A stretch of DNA of 64,000 nt from Eledone cirrhosa (Eukaryota): contig OZ024751.1 in NCBI GenBank assembly GCA_964016885.1, positions 13,764,001 to 13,828,000 of the forward strand, written 5' to 3'. Shown here in pieces: positions 1 to 12,859 of this stretch. A model generated the notes under the pieces. It made no database searches. It was given only the letters and a program-made list of their open reading frames with translations, and was not told the DNA's origin. The position numbers and the translations under genes were made by a program. Within the stretch, counting starts at the first letter, position 1; the number at the start of each line of letters is the position of its first letter.

Positions 1-110
1 ATGATGATGATGATGGTGGTGATGATGGTGATGGTGATGACGATGGTGATGATGGTGATGATGGTGATGATGATGGTGATGATGGTGATGATGGTGATGA
101 TGATGGTGAA
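1..110. repeat. (ATG/GTG)n trinucleotide microsatellite
   Basis: Direct reading: atgatggtg repeated. Confidence 0.9.
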
Positions 111-268
111 TGGGTGACTGAGAGGATGAAAGCAATGTCTGTATAAATAGTTAATAGAATAAATATCGTTTATAAATGAGTCTGTTACAGTTGTTATAAT
201 AGCAACAGGTATATATTACAGTGATAGAAACAGCAGGGATTGAGAGGGTCTCAATTACACATACATGC

Positions 269-347
<79 letters not shown>

Positions 348-419
348 CATATGTAAGTGGGACAAAACGGTCCAACCCATGCTAGCTTGGCAGATGGGCA
401 TTAATCGATGATGATGCTG

Positions 420-590
420 AGAGGGTTGGACGCCATGCTTTGCAGCGAAGAGTTACGGCCCTTTATGGTCTGAGTTCAAATCTTGCCGAGGTTAACTTTG
501 CCTTTCATCCTTATGGGGTCGATATAATAAAGTACCAGTAATACCCTAGGTTAATTGCTGGCCTTGTGCCAAAAGTAGAAATAATTATTA
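420..590 (+). mobile_element. tRNA-derived SINE (octopod type), copy
   Basis: B-box GAGTTCAAATC followed by the shared core ttgcctttcatcctta(c/t)ggggtcgata...aagtaccagta and tail ggccttgtgccaaaagtagaaa; about 20 copies in the window. Confidence 0.85.
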
Positions 591-718
591 GTACAAATCT
601 GTACTAATAATAAATATTCGCTCTAAGGGGTTTATATATACTTATATATATATACAAGTCCCCTTCATTATAGAGTCCCCTTCAGATTTTGTTCTTTATA
701 TTTATATTACATTTATAT

Positions 719-719
<1 letters not shown>

Positions 720-771
<52 letters not shown>

Positions 772-914
772 TTAAATATATATATATATATATATATATA
801 TTTAAATATATATATATATATATATATATTTAAATATATATATATATATATATATATTTAAATATATATATATATATATATATATTTAAATATATATATA
901 TATATATATATATT

Positions 915-964
<50 letters not shown>

Positions 965-1008
965 TATATATATATAACATCATGTTTAATATAGAAATGG
1001 CTTCTACA

Positions 1009-1056
<48 letters not shown>

Positions 1057-1207
1057 CAGCCATATACATATATGTATATATATATATATATGTACATATA
1101 CATATATATATATATCTATATATATATATATATATATATCCATATACATATATATATATATCCATATACATATATATATATATCCATATACATATATATA
1201 TATATCC

Positions 1208-1238
<31 letters not shown>

Positions 1239-1351
1239 GCCATATACATACATATAGCCATATACATATATATATATACATATAGCCATATACATATATA
1301 TATATATATACATATAGCCATATACATATATATATATATATACATATAGCC

Positions 1352-1408
<57 letters not shown>

Positions 1409-1495
1409 GCCATATACATATATACATATATATACATATAGCCATATACATATATATATATATATACATATAGCCATATACATATATATATATTT
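720..1495. repeat. (TA)n microsatellite with GCC/CC interruptions
   Basis: Direct reading. Confidence 0.95.
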
Positions 1496-1662
1496 TTAGA
1501 ATTTGGATTTAATGCTCTGAAATAGCGATATATATGTGAAGACAAACATAGAATATTCGAAAATATTCTGTATGTTTATAATAAACATTTTGAAGACCCA
1601 ATCGCTATAGAATAGAATACGTCACGTATTACAATTTGAGATTCTCGATAAAAGTAAGGGAA

Positions 1663-1705
1663 GTAATCTACGCGTTTCATTCTTGTTAGAAATCTTCAGG
1701 ATTAC
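1663..1705 (-). ncRNA. minimal type I hammerhead ribozyme motif
   Basis: Minus strand: GTAATC-CTGAAGA-t-TTCT aaca AGAA-t-GAAA-CGCG-TA-GATTAC; 6-bp helix I, palindromic ACGCGT helix III, GUA site. Confidence 0.75.
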
Positions 1706-1894
1706 ATATCCAATACTTTTATCGAGAACGACACAGCTAGAGACTTATAGAATACTTAGCTGTGTACAGGAACTGGTTTGATAGAGCGGTAGCCGGTCCG
1801 GCAGAAATTAGAATTTGGATTTAATGCTCTGAAATAGCGATATATATGTGAAGACAAACATAGCTGTGTCGTTCTCGATAAAAGTATTGGATAT

Positions 1895-1937
1895 GTAATC
1901 CTGAAGATTTCTAACAAGAATGAAACGCGTAGATTAC
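1895..1937 (+). ncRNA. minimal type I hammerhead ribozyme motif
   Basis: gtaatc CTGAAGA tttctaacaagaat GAAA cgcg TA gattac. Confidence 0.75.
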
Positions 1938-2063
1938 TTCCCTTACTTTTATCGAGAATCTCAAATTGTAATACGTGACGTATTCTATTCTATAGCGATT
2001 GGGTCTTCAAAATGTTTATTATAAACATACAGAATATTTTCGAATATTCTATGTTTGTCTTCA

Positions 2064-2370
2064 TATATATATATATATATCCATATACATATATATATAT
2101 ATATATCCATATACATATATATATATATCCATATACATATATATATATATACATCCATATACATATATATATATATACATATACATATATATATATATAT
2201 ATCCATATACATATATATATATATACATATATCCATATATATATATATATATATCCATATATATATATATATATATCCATATATATATATATATATATAT
2301 ATATCCATATATATATATATATATATCCATATATATATATATATATATCCATATATATATATATATATAT

Positions 2371-2407
<37 letters not shown>

Positions 2408-2466
2408 TCCATATATATATATATATATACATATATCCATATATATATATATATATATACATATAT

Positions 2467-2550
<84 letters not shown>

Positions 2551-2565
2551 ATATATATATATATA
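2064..2565. repeat. (TA)n microsatellite with CC interruptions
   Basis: Direct reading. Confidence 0.95.
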
Positions 2566-2690
2566 GGTGGTTGGTGCTATGAAAGACATCCAGCCATAGA
2601 AAACATGCCAAGCTAAAGGTAAGGATGGCTGTACAGTTGTGTCAAAGACATGGCAATACATGAATATATATATATGTGTGAGTAAATGTC

Positions 2691-2743
<53 letters not shown>

Positions 2744-2785
2744 GTATATGTGTGTGTGTGTATATATATGTGTATATGTATGTAT

Positions 2786-3225
2786 GGTCACCAGTTGGTG
2801 CTACTGGTAACATGTATCCCAGTACAACCTGTCTCATGGTCGAGTCGTTGGCGACTAAACTGGCAACCCCACCAAGGTTTCTTGGTGAGGAGGGTGACTT
2901 TGGACATCCTGCAGGACTAAAAACAAAACCTGTCAAATCGCAAAGGAGCTCTTAAGAGTCAATGGCCATCCAAAATCACAGGGAGAGATGACCCCTTAGC
3001 CTTTGTCAAGGCAGAATTCTAGGAGAAGGAAAACTCTGATATAACACCTGCAACCCTGATGGTATCCAATGATGTTGACTTGTTCTTCTTTTTGGTAAAT
3101 ATCATCTTGGTTAAGAGAGTGGGACTGGGTTTGTGCAGTGCGTTTGCTCACTATAAAAGCTTCACAGCACAGGCATTGCTTTATATCTGGAGATCTCTCT
3201 GCACTTGTCGTCACATGGTACCATA
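2786..3225 (+). mobile_element. non-autonomous RTE-derived element, 3' part missing before the gap
   Basis: Near-identical to 62069-62703; contains ctaggagaaggaaaactctga, which resembles invertebrate RTE 5' UTRs. Confidence 0.7.
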
Positions 3226-3262
3226 TGCGGTGCGGTGCGGACAGTCTTAACAATGAAAGACA

Positions 3263-3462
3263 NNNNNNNNNNNNNNNNNNNNNNNNNNNNNNNNNNNNNN
3301 NNNNNNNNNNNNNNNNNNNNNNNNNNNNNNNNNNNNNNNNNNNNNNNNNNNNNNNNNNNNNNNNNNNNNNNNNNNNNNNNNNNNNNNNNNNNNNNNNNNN
3401 NNNNNNNNNNNNNNNNNNNNNNNNNNNNNNNNNNNNNNNNNNNNNNNNNNNNNNNNNNNNNN
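3263..3462. other. assembly gap (200 N)
   Basis: Run of N. Confidence 1.
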
Positions 3463-3624
3463 AAAAAAGTCAAGTGGAAGAGTGGAGATGTTTTTAATAT
3501 ATATTTCCCAAGACATCGCAATTGACTCTGAAGAAGCGACATGATCAAACAGGCAAGTTTTCTATTGAACTAAAGATATTTCGCTGGATCTGTCTACTTG
3601 AAAAGAGAAGATACACACACAAAC

Positions 3625-3641
3625 ATGTATGTATGTATGTG

Positions 3642-3682
<41 letters not shown>

Positions 3683-4034
3683 GTGTGTGTATGTGTGTGT
3701 GTGTATATAAATAAGATATATATGTGTGTGTATATATATATATATAAATAAGATATATATATATGTTTTGTGTGTATGTGTGTGTGTGTCTATATATATA
3801 TATATCTGTGTGTGTGTATGTGTGTGTGTGTATAAATAAGATATATATGTGTGTGTATATATATATATATATATATAAATAAGATATATATATATGTTTT
3901 GTGTGTATGTGTGTGTGTGTCTATATATATATATATCTGTGTGTGTGTATGTGTGTGTGTGTGTATAAATAAGATATATATGTGTGTATATATATATATA
4001 TAAATAAGATATATATATGTTTTGTGTGTATGTG

Positions 4035-4067
<33 letters not shown>

Positions 4068-4283
4068 CTGTGTGTGTATGTGTGTGTGTGTGTATAAATA
4101 AGATATATATGTGTGTGTATATATATATATATAAATAAGATATATATATGTTTTGTGTGTATGTGTGTGTGTGTATATATATATATATCTGTGTGTGTGT
4201 ATGTGTGTGTGTGTGTATAATAAGATATATATGTGTGTGTATATATATATATATAAATAAGATATATATATGTTTTGTGTGTA

Positions 4284-4316
<33 letters not shown>

Positions 4317-5239
4317 CTGTGTGTGTGTATGTGTGTGTGTGTGTATAAATAAGATATATATGTGTGTGTGTATATATATATATAAATAAGATATATATAT
4401 GTTTTGTGTGTATGTGTGTGTGTGTATATATATATATATATCTGTGTGTGTGTATGTGTGTGTGTGTGTGTATAAATAAGATATATATGTGTGTGTATAT
4501 ATATATATATAAATAAGATATATATATGTTTTGTGTGTATGTGTGTGTGTGTATATATATATATATATCTGTGTGTGTGTATGTGTGTGTGTGTGTATAT
4601 AAATAAGATATATATGTGTGTGTATATATATATATATAAATAAGATATATATATGTTTTGTGTGTATGTGTGTGTGTGTATATATATATATATCTGTGTG
4701 TGTGTATGTGTGTGTGTGTGTATAAATAAGATATATATGTGTGTGTATATATATATATATAAATAAGATATATATATGTTTTGTGTGTATGTGTGTGTGT
4801 GTATATATATATATATATCTGTGTGTGTATGTGTGTGTGTGTGTATAAATAAGATATATATGTGTGTGTATATATATATATATAAATAAGATATATATAT
4901 GTTTTGTGTGTATGTGTGTGTGTGTATATATATATATATATCTGTGTGTGTGTATGTGTGTGTATAAATAAGATATATATGTGTGTGTATATATATATAT
5001 ATATAAATAAGATATATATATATGTTTTGTGTGTATGTGTGTGTGTGTATATATATATATATATCTGTGTGTGTGTATGTGTGTGTATAAATAAGATATA
5101 TATGTGTGTATATATATATATATAAATAAGATATATATATATGTTTGTGTGTATGTGTGTGTGTATATATAAATAAGATATATATGTATGTGTGTATATA
5201 TAAATATGTATGTGTATATATATATGTATATAAATAAGG

Positions 5240-5285
<46 letters not shown>

Positions 5286-5353
5286 AATAAGATATATATG
5301 TATGTGTGTATATATAAATATGTATGTGTATATATATATGTATATAAATAAGG

Positions 5354-5386
<33 letters not shown>

Positions 5387-5490
5387 ATATATAAATAAGA
5401 TATATATGTATGTATATATATATATGTATGTGTGTATATATATATATGTACATAAATAAGGTATATATATATAAATAAGGTATATATATA
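3625..5490. repeat. compound satellite: ATAAATAAGATATAT core with (TG)n/(TA)n spacers
   Basis: Core repeated many times with a higher-order period of roughly 115-120 bp. Confidence 0.9.
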
Positions 5491-5766
5491 TATACATACA
5501 TATTTGAAGACAGCAGTTAACTGGCAAATATACAAACATACAGCTCTGAAGCAATCAATACAGAATACACACACAAAACAAGACTATAGAAATATGATCA
5601 TACACACACACACACACACACAAGAAGGCCATATGATCACAAACACACACAAATATATAAGATAACCATATAGTAATATTCACACAACACAAACAACAAA
5701 AGTACACACAATACATACAATATACACATAATATGCTGAACAATATATACACACTAAGAACAATAT

Positions 5767-5891
<125 letters not shown>

Positions 5892-6414
5892 ATAGCAAAA
5901 CACACAACACAAACAACAAAACTACAGCAATATACACAAAGCATGTATTCAAAGCTAAAATGTTATGCATGTCAGATAGTATATTGGCTGTATATCCTGC
6001 TTATTATAATAATAATAACCGGCAAGCGATTGTTGTTGCTGTTACTGTTGTTGCTGTTGGTTTAGTAAAATCTGACTTTGTAACCTCAACAATGGAACAT
6101 AGCTGGAGAGAAGAAAAAACTAAGGACATGGAATGAAAACACAACAAACTCTTTGACTTGTTTTATTGACGTAAACAAATAAGATATATTCTTTCTTATG
6201 GGTATTATATTTAATCTCTCAGTTGTCTCCCCCTTTTCTCTCTGGCTTTCCGCCGCCCTTTCTCTTTTCTTCTGTCCAATTCTACTTCTTTTTTTTTTCT
6301 ATCTCTCTCATTTGTTTCATCTATTACTTCTTTCTTTATCTCTATCCTTTTCATTATCTAATTCTTCTCCCTCCCTTTAACATAATAACAACAACAGCAA
6401 CAACAACGATTTAT

Positions 6415-6800
6415 AATTTAGGCAAAAGGCCAGTAATTTTTTTGTGAGATGGGGGTAATTATAGCGACCCCCGGTACTTGACTGCTACTTTCTCTTAGCG
6501 ACCTTGGAAGGAAGGAAAGGAAGATTTGATGTCAGTGGAATTTGAACTCAGAACGCAAAGAGCCCGAATAAATACCACAAAGGCATTTTGTCCAACGCTC
6601 TACCAATGCACCACCCTGAAGAAGAAGAAGAAGAAGAAGAAGAAGAAGAAGAAGAAGAAGAAGAAGAAGAAGAAGAATAGTTTCTGATGTAGGCGCAAGG
6701 CCAGTAATTTGGGGGGAGGGGAAAATCGATTAAATTGACCCAAGTACGTTACTGGTACTCTATTTTATCGACACCGTAAGGATGAAAGTCAAAGCTAATC
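6415..6800 (-). mobile_element. two diverged/partial SINE copies separated by (GAA)n
   Basis: ggcaaaaggccagtaatt...tttgaactcag and ggcgcaaggccagtaatt...ttttatcgacaccgtaaggatgaaag match the SINE reverse complement. Confidence 0.7.
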
Positions 6801-7787
6801 GTTATCATCACTGTCATTACCACTGTCATCATTAACAAGGCCGCCACCACTATCATCACCACCATTACTAATATCATCATCATCACCACCACCACAAGGT
6901 TGATTTTGTCTTACATACTTCAGTACTGAAGGAGGAACAAATCAACTTACACTCTTTCGTACAAAAATGTGCTAAGTGTCTAAGCCCCAATGTTAGTAAA
7001 CTTTCTAGGTATCATCTGACAATGATAGCGATAACGGTGAGTAGTGGATTCATTTACAAGTTTTTAATTTAAATGTAATGCCTTTGGTATTTTTACTACC
7101 AAAATTAGCCTAATAAGTGAGACATAAGCCCCTAGAGACAGAACAAATTTGTACAGTGCCACCCCTGGTATAATTTTTCCCCTCTCCAGAGGTTTATATG
7201 CTCAACTTAGACTAATTTTCATAAAACAACCGAAGCTTTTAACTTTAGATTCAAAATTTCCTGCCCGTTCAGCGATTCTAAAAAGAGATTGCTTTCATAC
7301 AATAAAGGGAGGAGTGCGGGACTGTGTCCTGGATATATTTGTTTATATTTGTTTATATATTGTTGGGTTACTTTGAATAAATAACGAATGAATATTACAT
7401 AATTTATGTACTGAATTTCATAGCTGTTGATTAAACATAAATATTTTTATATATAATGATTGCCTATTTTAAGATTCACTTCTTTTTAAATTTTCAAATG
7501 TCAATACACCGTAATACAGTTTATATATAATATCGCCTTTTTTAAATGTATCATGGATTACTTTACTGATTACAGACGAGAGTGTAACACAGTCACTCTT
7601 CAATTTCTGTGTATATTGTCAATTACGATTTTATTTGACGTATCATATCTACATGTATATATATTTGCGTATAATATCAATATGCACACTACACATGCTA
7701 GCAGAAAACCACCCGAAGAGTGGTTTTTCTGCTAGTATAATATAATAAACATACCTTTAGTATCGCTGTGAGTATTTTAAGCTATTT

Positions 7788-7968
7788 ATATTAAATCACA
7801 GTTACCTCAGTATATGTATAGGTATTTTTGGATTGTTATCCGTCATCAGTAATGCTTACTTAAGATATCTTGAGATGTTGAAATTTATTAAATCACTGGT
7901 ACCTCAGTATATGTATAAGTATTTCTGGACTGTTATCCATCATTAGCAATGCTGAGGTGTTGAAATTC
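7788..7968 (-). repeat. 97-bp tandem dimer with degenerate hammerhead cores
   Basis: acctcagtatatgtata at 7804 and 7901; minus strand reads CTGATGA-cGGAT aaca ATCC-aaaa and CTAATGA-tGGAT aaca GTCCa-GAAA. Confidence 0.5.
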
Positions 7969-8813
7969 ATAATCTCTTACAAGATTTTGTAAATCAATCA
8001 TTTTATGAATGTTGTATTTACATAGTGCAAGGTTGGCGGTTTTGGTATTAATAAGACTAGTACTAACACAGCATAGTAGACAATAGAACCATATATGGAC
8101 TCATCATACACAATATGTTTATGTATAATATATAGTGATGGATTATTTTTTGCATGCTTTTGTAGCTATTTTTTGTAGTTTCATTCTTCCTTTTTCATTT
8201 GTTTCCGTTATTCAGTTTGTTTATATTTCGTTTCGTTTCATTATCCAAGCAAATTTTTGCTGTTGTTTCTTTTTTTTTTTTTTCTCTCTCCGAGAATATA
8301 TTACATTATATTATATTATATTATATTACACTACCATTCATTATTGCCTTGTTTGTACATACATACGTATTTATTTGTCACTGCTGGTAGTAAAGAAAGA
8401 CCAACGACTATTACAACAACAACAGCTTGTGTTATGTAAACACTGACTACCAACACCAATCAAACTGACTGAGAATCATTTCAGACCAGTGCAGCTATTT
8501 ATCAGTCAGTACAAACAAATATTTGAAAACAATGTTGATAAATTAGCCATTGTTTTACATTGTTATCATTACGAGTCTATTCATGATTAAAGGATGACAA
8601 CTCTCTAGTGTTAATAAATGTAGGGTTAAACCAATTAATCTGGATATATATTTGAGAAGCAGATGACAGGAACGACTAAACAGGGCTGTTGTTTTTTTGT
8701 GATGTTTTGTTTTGTTTTTAATTCTAAAGAGTTCTTATGTTCCATCTTTCTATGTAAGCAATGCTCCTTTTCATTGGAGGTATTTGGAGATAAATGGTTA
8801 TGGAAAGAAGATG

Positions 8814-8877
<64 letters not shown>

Positions 8878-8927
8878 ACATACACATATATACACGCGAA
8901 TCCAGACACACTTTCTCACAGATACGA

Positions 8928-8978
<51 letters not shown>

Positions 8979-8980
<2 letters not shown>

Positions 8981-9005
8981 GGGTGTCCCAAAAAATGTAT
9001 ACACA
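8979..9005 (+). mobile_element. possible solo Tc1/mariner-type terminal repeat
   Basis: CAGGGTGTCCCAAAAA resembles mariner-type TIR starts; no partner end found. Confidence 0.3.
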
Positions 9006-9073
9006 AAAGCTGTGCATTCTAATAAATATTGCCTGTACAGGTAATCAAAGTGTGTATACATATCAAAGTGTGT

Positions 9074-9127
<54 letters not shown>

Positions 9128-9151
9128 AGAGAGAGAGAGAGAGAGAGAGAG

Positions 9152-9338
9152 CACTGGTGGGTTATGTCTGTAGTAGTAGAGCACTCAGTCCATGGGACGA
9201 GTTTGGTAGACGTAGTTCCACAACAGTTAGTTCACCATACCAAGAACAATTGTTTCAGGTGATTCGGATAAACCGAGCTGATGATCCGAATAAGGTGAAA
9301 CAATTGTTCTCGGTAATGTTGAACTAACTGTTGTGGAA

Positions 9339-9342
<4 letters not shown>
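9152..9342. mobile_element. Penelope/retrozyme-like foldback insert
   Basis: Inverted repeat 9212-9257 vs 9296-9342; homologous to 57390-57519; contains an HHR. Confidence 0.7.
9272..9314 (+). ncRNA. minimal type I hammerhead ribozyme motif
   Basis: accgag CTGATGA t CC gaataa GG t GAAA caattg TT ctcggt; palindromic ACAATTGT; GUU site. Confidence 0.65.
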
Positions 9343-9380
<38 letters not shown>

Positions 9381-10128
9381 CCGCACACCTATGTTTTACA
9401 TTATTCTATCGTCTTTTCTTGTCGCAATTGTCAACCAGGTTGGGATGAAACAAAAGAGATGGAATCAAAAGAGAGACAAATGAGTGAAAGAAATGATGAG
9501 GAAAGCGGGGCAGCCATGTAGCAGATGATAATGGCAGACGATAATAACTGCTAAGTAACGAACCATCAATCTAGCTATGCTAAACTAAGCTAAACTAGCA
9601 AATCTATCTAGCCTAGCTCGTAAACGTTGGATCTTCGAACTACGATCTCTCGGATCTAGGAACAATGTACAAGGTAACTAGTAACAAAGAACAAGGATCT
9701 TGAAGATGAAAACGAGAAGAAAGAACAAGAGATATGGGAAAATAAATAATATAGGAATGGAAAATAAAAAATAGAGAAAAGGAAAAATAAAAAAATATAG
9801 ACGAAAGAAACGAAAATTAAAAAACAATAAGTGTTTTAATGAAAACGAAGAGGGGAAATGAAAAGGAATATTTTTCTTTCTTTTTTTTTAAGAAACCAAA
9901 ACTAAATTTCACGTGAGACTGGCAGTGACAAAGAGAATGATCCTAGAATAATGGAAATCTTTGACAATTCACTGTAGGTTGCTGAACTTGGTGTAATGTT
10001 GTTGATATGGTTTTCTTTGGTGTTATACTTTTATTCTATATTATTTTATATTATTGATTTTGTTTTCTCTTTCAACGACGACAATGATGACAACGAATAT
10101 GTAGGAATGGTGTACAACTAGTAAACAT

Positions 10129-10199
<71 letters not shown>

Positions 10200-10290
10200 G
10201 GCGCGCGTGCAAAAGGTACGCAGAAATAACAAAACAACCAGCACAGTACATGGAAGAAATATATTAGTTTAACGCTTGAAATAGCAGGAA

Positions 10291-10336
10291 GAGAGTTTTA
10301 ACGTTTCGGACACTAGTCCTTCATCAGAAGATAGAG
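10291..10336 (-). ncRNA. minimal hammerhead-like motif (Penelope type)
   Basis: Minus strand: CTGATGA a GGAC tagt GTCC GAAA cgtta; helix I is weak; flank 10211-10290 is homologous to 56550-56632. Confidence 0.5.
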
Positions 10337-10601
10337 TAGGAAATAGAAGATAAATAGAAAGGAACGGAGGGAATGAGGAAAACAATGAGGAAAAAAAAAC
10401 ACGTGCGTATTCAGTAGGCCATCTTGTGTGTGTGTGTGTGTGTACGTATGACTTGCCATATACACAAATTATATATATATATATATGTAAAGAGAGAGAG
10501 AGAGGGGAGAGAGAGAGAGAGTTCTTGTCTGATGACCCTGTGATAAACAGCCGAAATTCCAGATTAACATGACTTACTATACAGCCTTAATAATAGTAAT
10601 A

Positions 10602-10660
10602 ATTGTTTCTACTTTTGGCACAAGGCCAGAATTACCCAGTGCATTACTGGTACTTTATAA
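10602..10660 (-). mobile_element. SINE 3' fragment
   Basis: attgtttctacttttggcacaaggccag...ttactggtacttta. Confidence 0.8.
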
Positions 10661-10686
10661 TAATATTATATATATACATATATACA

Positions 10687-10783
<97 letters not shown>

Positions 10784-10809
10784 ATGCATAATAAACAATA
10801 CAATATAAT

Positions 10810-10873
10810 TACCTCATTACCAGAGGTTTCCCGAATAAGACAAATACAAGAAACGTCCTCATTCGTTCGTCAG
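10810..10873 (-). ncRNA. hammerhead-like motif with long helices II and III
   Basis: Minus strand: CTGACGA a CGAATGAG...CTTATTCG g GAAA CCTC tggtaat GAGG TA; helix I is poor. Confidence 0.5.
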
Positions 10874-10875
10874 AC

Positions 10876-10973
10876 AAGGCAATTTAAAACATAGTGAAAT
10901 ATTTGAAAAATCTCCTCAAGAAAACTATTTCTTGAGGAGATTTTTCAAATATTTCACTGTTTTAAATTGCCTT
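10876..10973. repeat. ~47-bp-arm inverted repeat (hairpin)
   Basis: aaggcaatttaaaac...ctcctcaagaaa / tttcttgaggag...gttttaaattgcctt. Confidence 0.9.
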
Positions 10974-10995
10974 ATATATGTATATATATATATAT

Positions 10996-11075
<80 letters not shown>

Positions 11076-11250
11076 AATGTTTATATATTAATTTGCGTAA
11101 CGTATAGTTCTTTCCCTAGTAGTACACCACGGTTAACTAAACGGAATGACCATTTTTCATCCATTGGCGAACCACAAAGCATTCCATTGAGTGCCTAAAA
11201 CAAATCGAATAGTACTTGCTGTCCAGCAGCTACAACTTTCGGTTTATAAC

Positions 11251-11302
<52 letters not shown>

Positions 11303-11562
11303 ATTAGGATCGGTGCTCTGAAATAGCGAATGAATGTATGTATAGTATATTTGGCAATATACTGTAGGAAACTAGGATAACTCCGATATAAAACCTGCGG
11401 CTCAGTAGTTACCGATGATGTTGATCTTTTCATCTTTTCAGGTTATAGCTACTGTCGCTCAGAGAGTGGGATTGGCTCAGTGCACAGTCTTTCCTCACTT
11501 TAAAAAAATATCTTTCACGCACAGGCAGTGCACGATAGCATTAATTAATAATTATTAATAAT

Positions 11563-11611
11563 GGTATAACGTGCAATGGTCATACTCGATAACGAGGAGG
11601 CAGCCATCATA
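11563..11611 (+). mobile_element. RTE-type 3' tail fragment
   Basis: gtgcaatggtcatactcgataacgaggaggcagccatcat, matching the tail at 18531-18575 (minus) and similar to the tails of the RTE-derived copies. Confidence 0.6.
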
Positions 11612-11620
11612 TATATATAT

Positions 11621-11816
11621 ATAGGAACGAGTAGGACCCCGACGGCTGAGCTCAAGCCGTTTCGACGGGTAATTTTTTTTTTTTTTTTTAGTCCAGAACG
11701 GCTTGAGCTCAGCCGTCGGGGTCCTACTTGTTCCTATTACCCACTCTACTACCCTAAGTATTGAGTACTTTGGTGCGTTATGGGCCACCTGGTTCCTTAC
11801 CACATTTCCTTCGTTA
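11621..11816 (+). mobile_element. ~195-bp hairpin-headed non-autonomous element, copy 1
   Basis: ~40-bp-arm GC-rich hairpin plus ~80-bp tail, flanked by (TA)n; five copies in the window. Confidence 0.8.
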
Positions 11817-11819
11817 TAT

Positions 11820-11853
<34 letters not shown>

Positions 11854-11867
11854 ATATATATATATGG

Positions 11868-12055
11868 TGGATTGGCAGTATCGGTAGAGGGTCGGACGCC
11901 ATGCTTTCCAGCATAGTTACGTCCCTTTACGATCTGAGTTCAAATCCCGCCGAGGTTAACTTTGCCTTTCATCCTTACGGGGTCGATAAAATAAAGTACC
12001 AGTAATGCACTGGGTCATTGCTGGCCTTGTGCCAAAAAGTAGAAACAACTATTAG
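11868..12055 (+). mobile_element. tRNA-derived SINE, full length
   Basis: A-box-like TGGCAGTATCGG, B-box GAGTTCAAATCCC, shared core and tail. Confidence 0.9.
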
Positions 12056-12171
12056 CCTAAATACCATATAAGGATTGAACCTGATTATATTTCAAAAGTT
12101 TGTCAGATTAATAAATACTTCATATTTTAGTTATACCATCCCCTTCGCTTTCTTCTTCCTTTTCTTCCTAT

Positions 12172-12352
12172 TAATACTACCACTACTATTGTTACTACTA
12201 CTATTATAACTACCACCACTACTACTACTACCACCACCACGACCACCACCACCACTACTACTATTACTATAACTAGCACTACTACCACTACTACTACCAC
12301 CACCACTACAACTATTACTATAACTAGCACTACTACCACTACTACTACCACC

Positions 12353-12396
<44 letters not shown>

Positions 12397-12550
12397 TACC
12401 ACCACCACCACTACTACTACTACTACCACTACCACTACTACCATCTATCACCACTACCACCACCACCACCACCACTACCACCACTACTACTACCACCTAC
12501 CACCACTACCACCACCACCACCACTACCCCTACTACTACCACCACTATAC
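12172..12550. repeat. (ACC/ACT)n microsatellite
   Basis: Direct reading. Confidence 0.95.
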
Positions 12551-12704
12551 TCCCTCTCCGTCCCTCCTACTCCTACTCCTCAGCCTCCCTAAGCCAGCAA
12601 CATTACATCATATCATTTCTATGTCCTACAATCTAATTTACCGTTCGTTATGTATTGTAAAGACATTTCTAACCTGTCTCAATTAACACATACAGTGGGG
12701 GGGG

Positions 12705-12800
12705 GGAGATAGAGAGAAGAAGGAAGAAGAGGAATGAGAGACAGAGAGAGAGGGAGAGAGAGAGAGAGATACAGATAGATAGATAGAGAGAGAGAGAGAC

Positions 12801-12859
<59 letters not shown>

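Larger units (their letters stand above)
1496..2063. mobile_element. Penelope-pLTR/retrozyme-like insert, ~312-bp unit, with inverted arm
   Basis: Direct repeat 1496-1551 = 1808-1863 (period 312); inverted repeat ~1537-1739 vs 1861-2063; one HHR per arm; flanked by (TA)n. Confidence 0.75.

Noticed and set aside
10529-10565. CTGATGA...GAAA hammerhead-like words
   Set aside because: Helix II closing pairs mismatch and helices I and III cannot be formed
11868-11950. tRNA gene
   Set aside because: A/B boxes belong to a SINE head; no cloverleaf; continues into the SINE body
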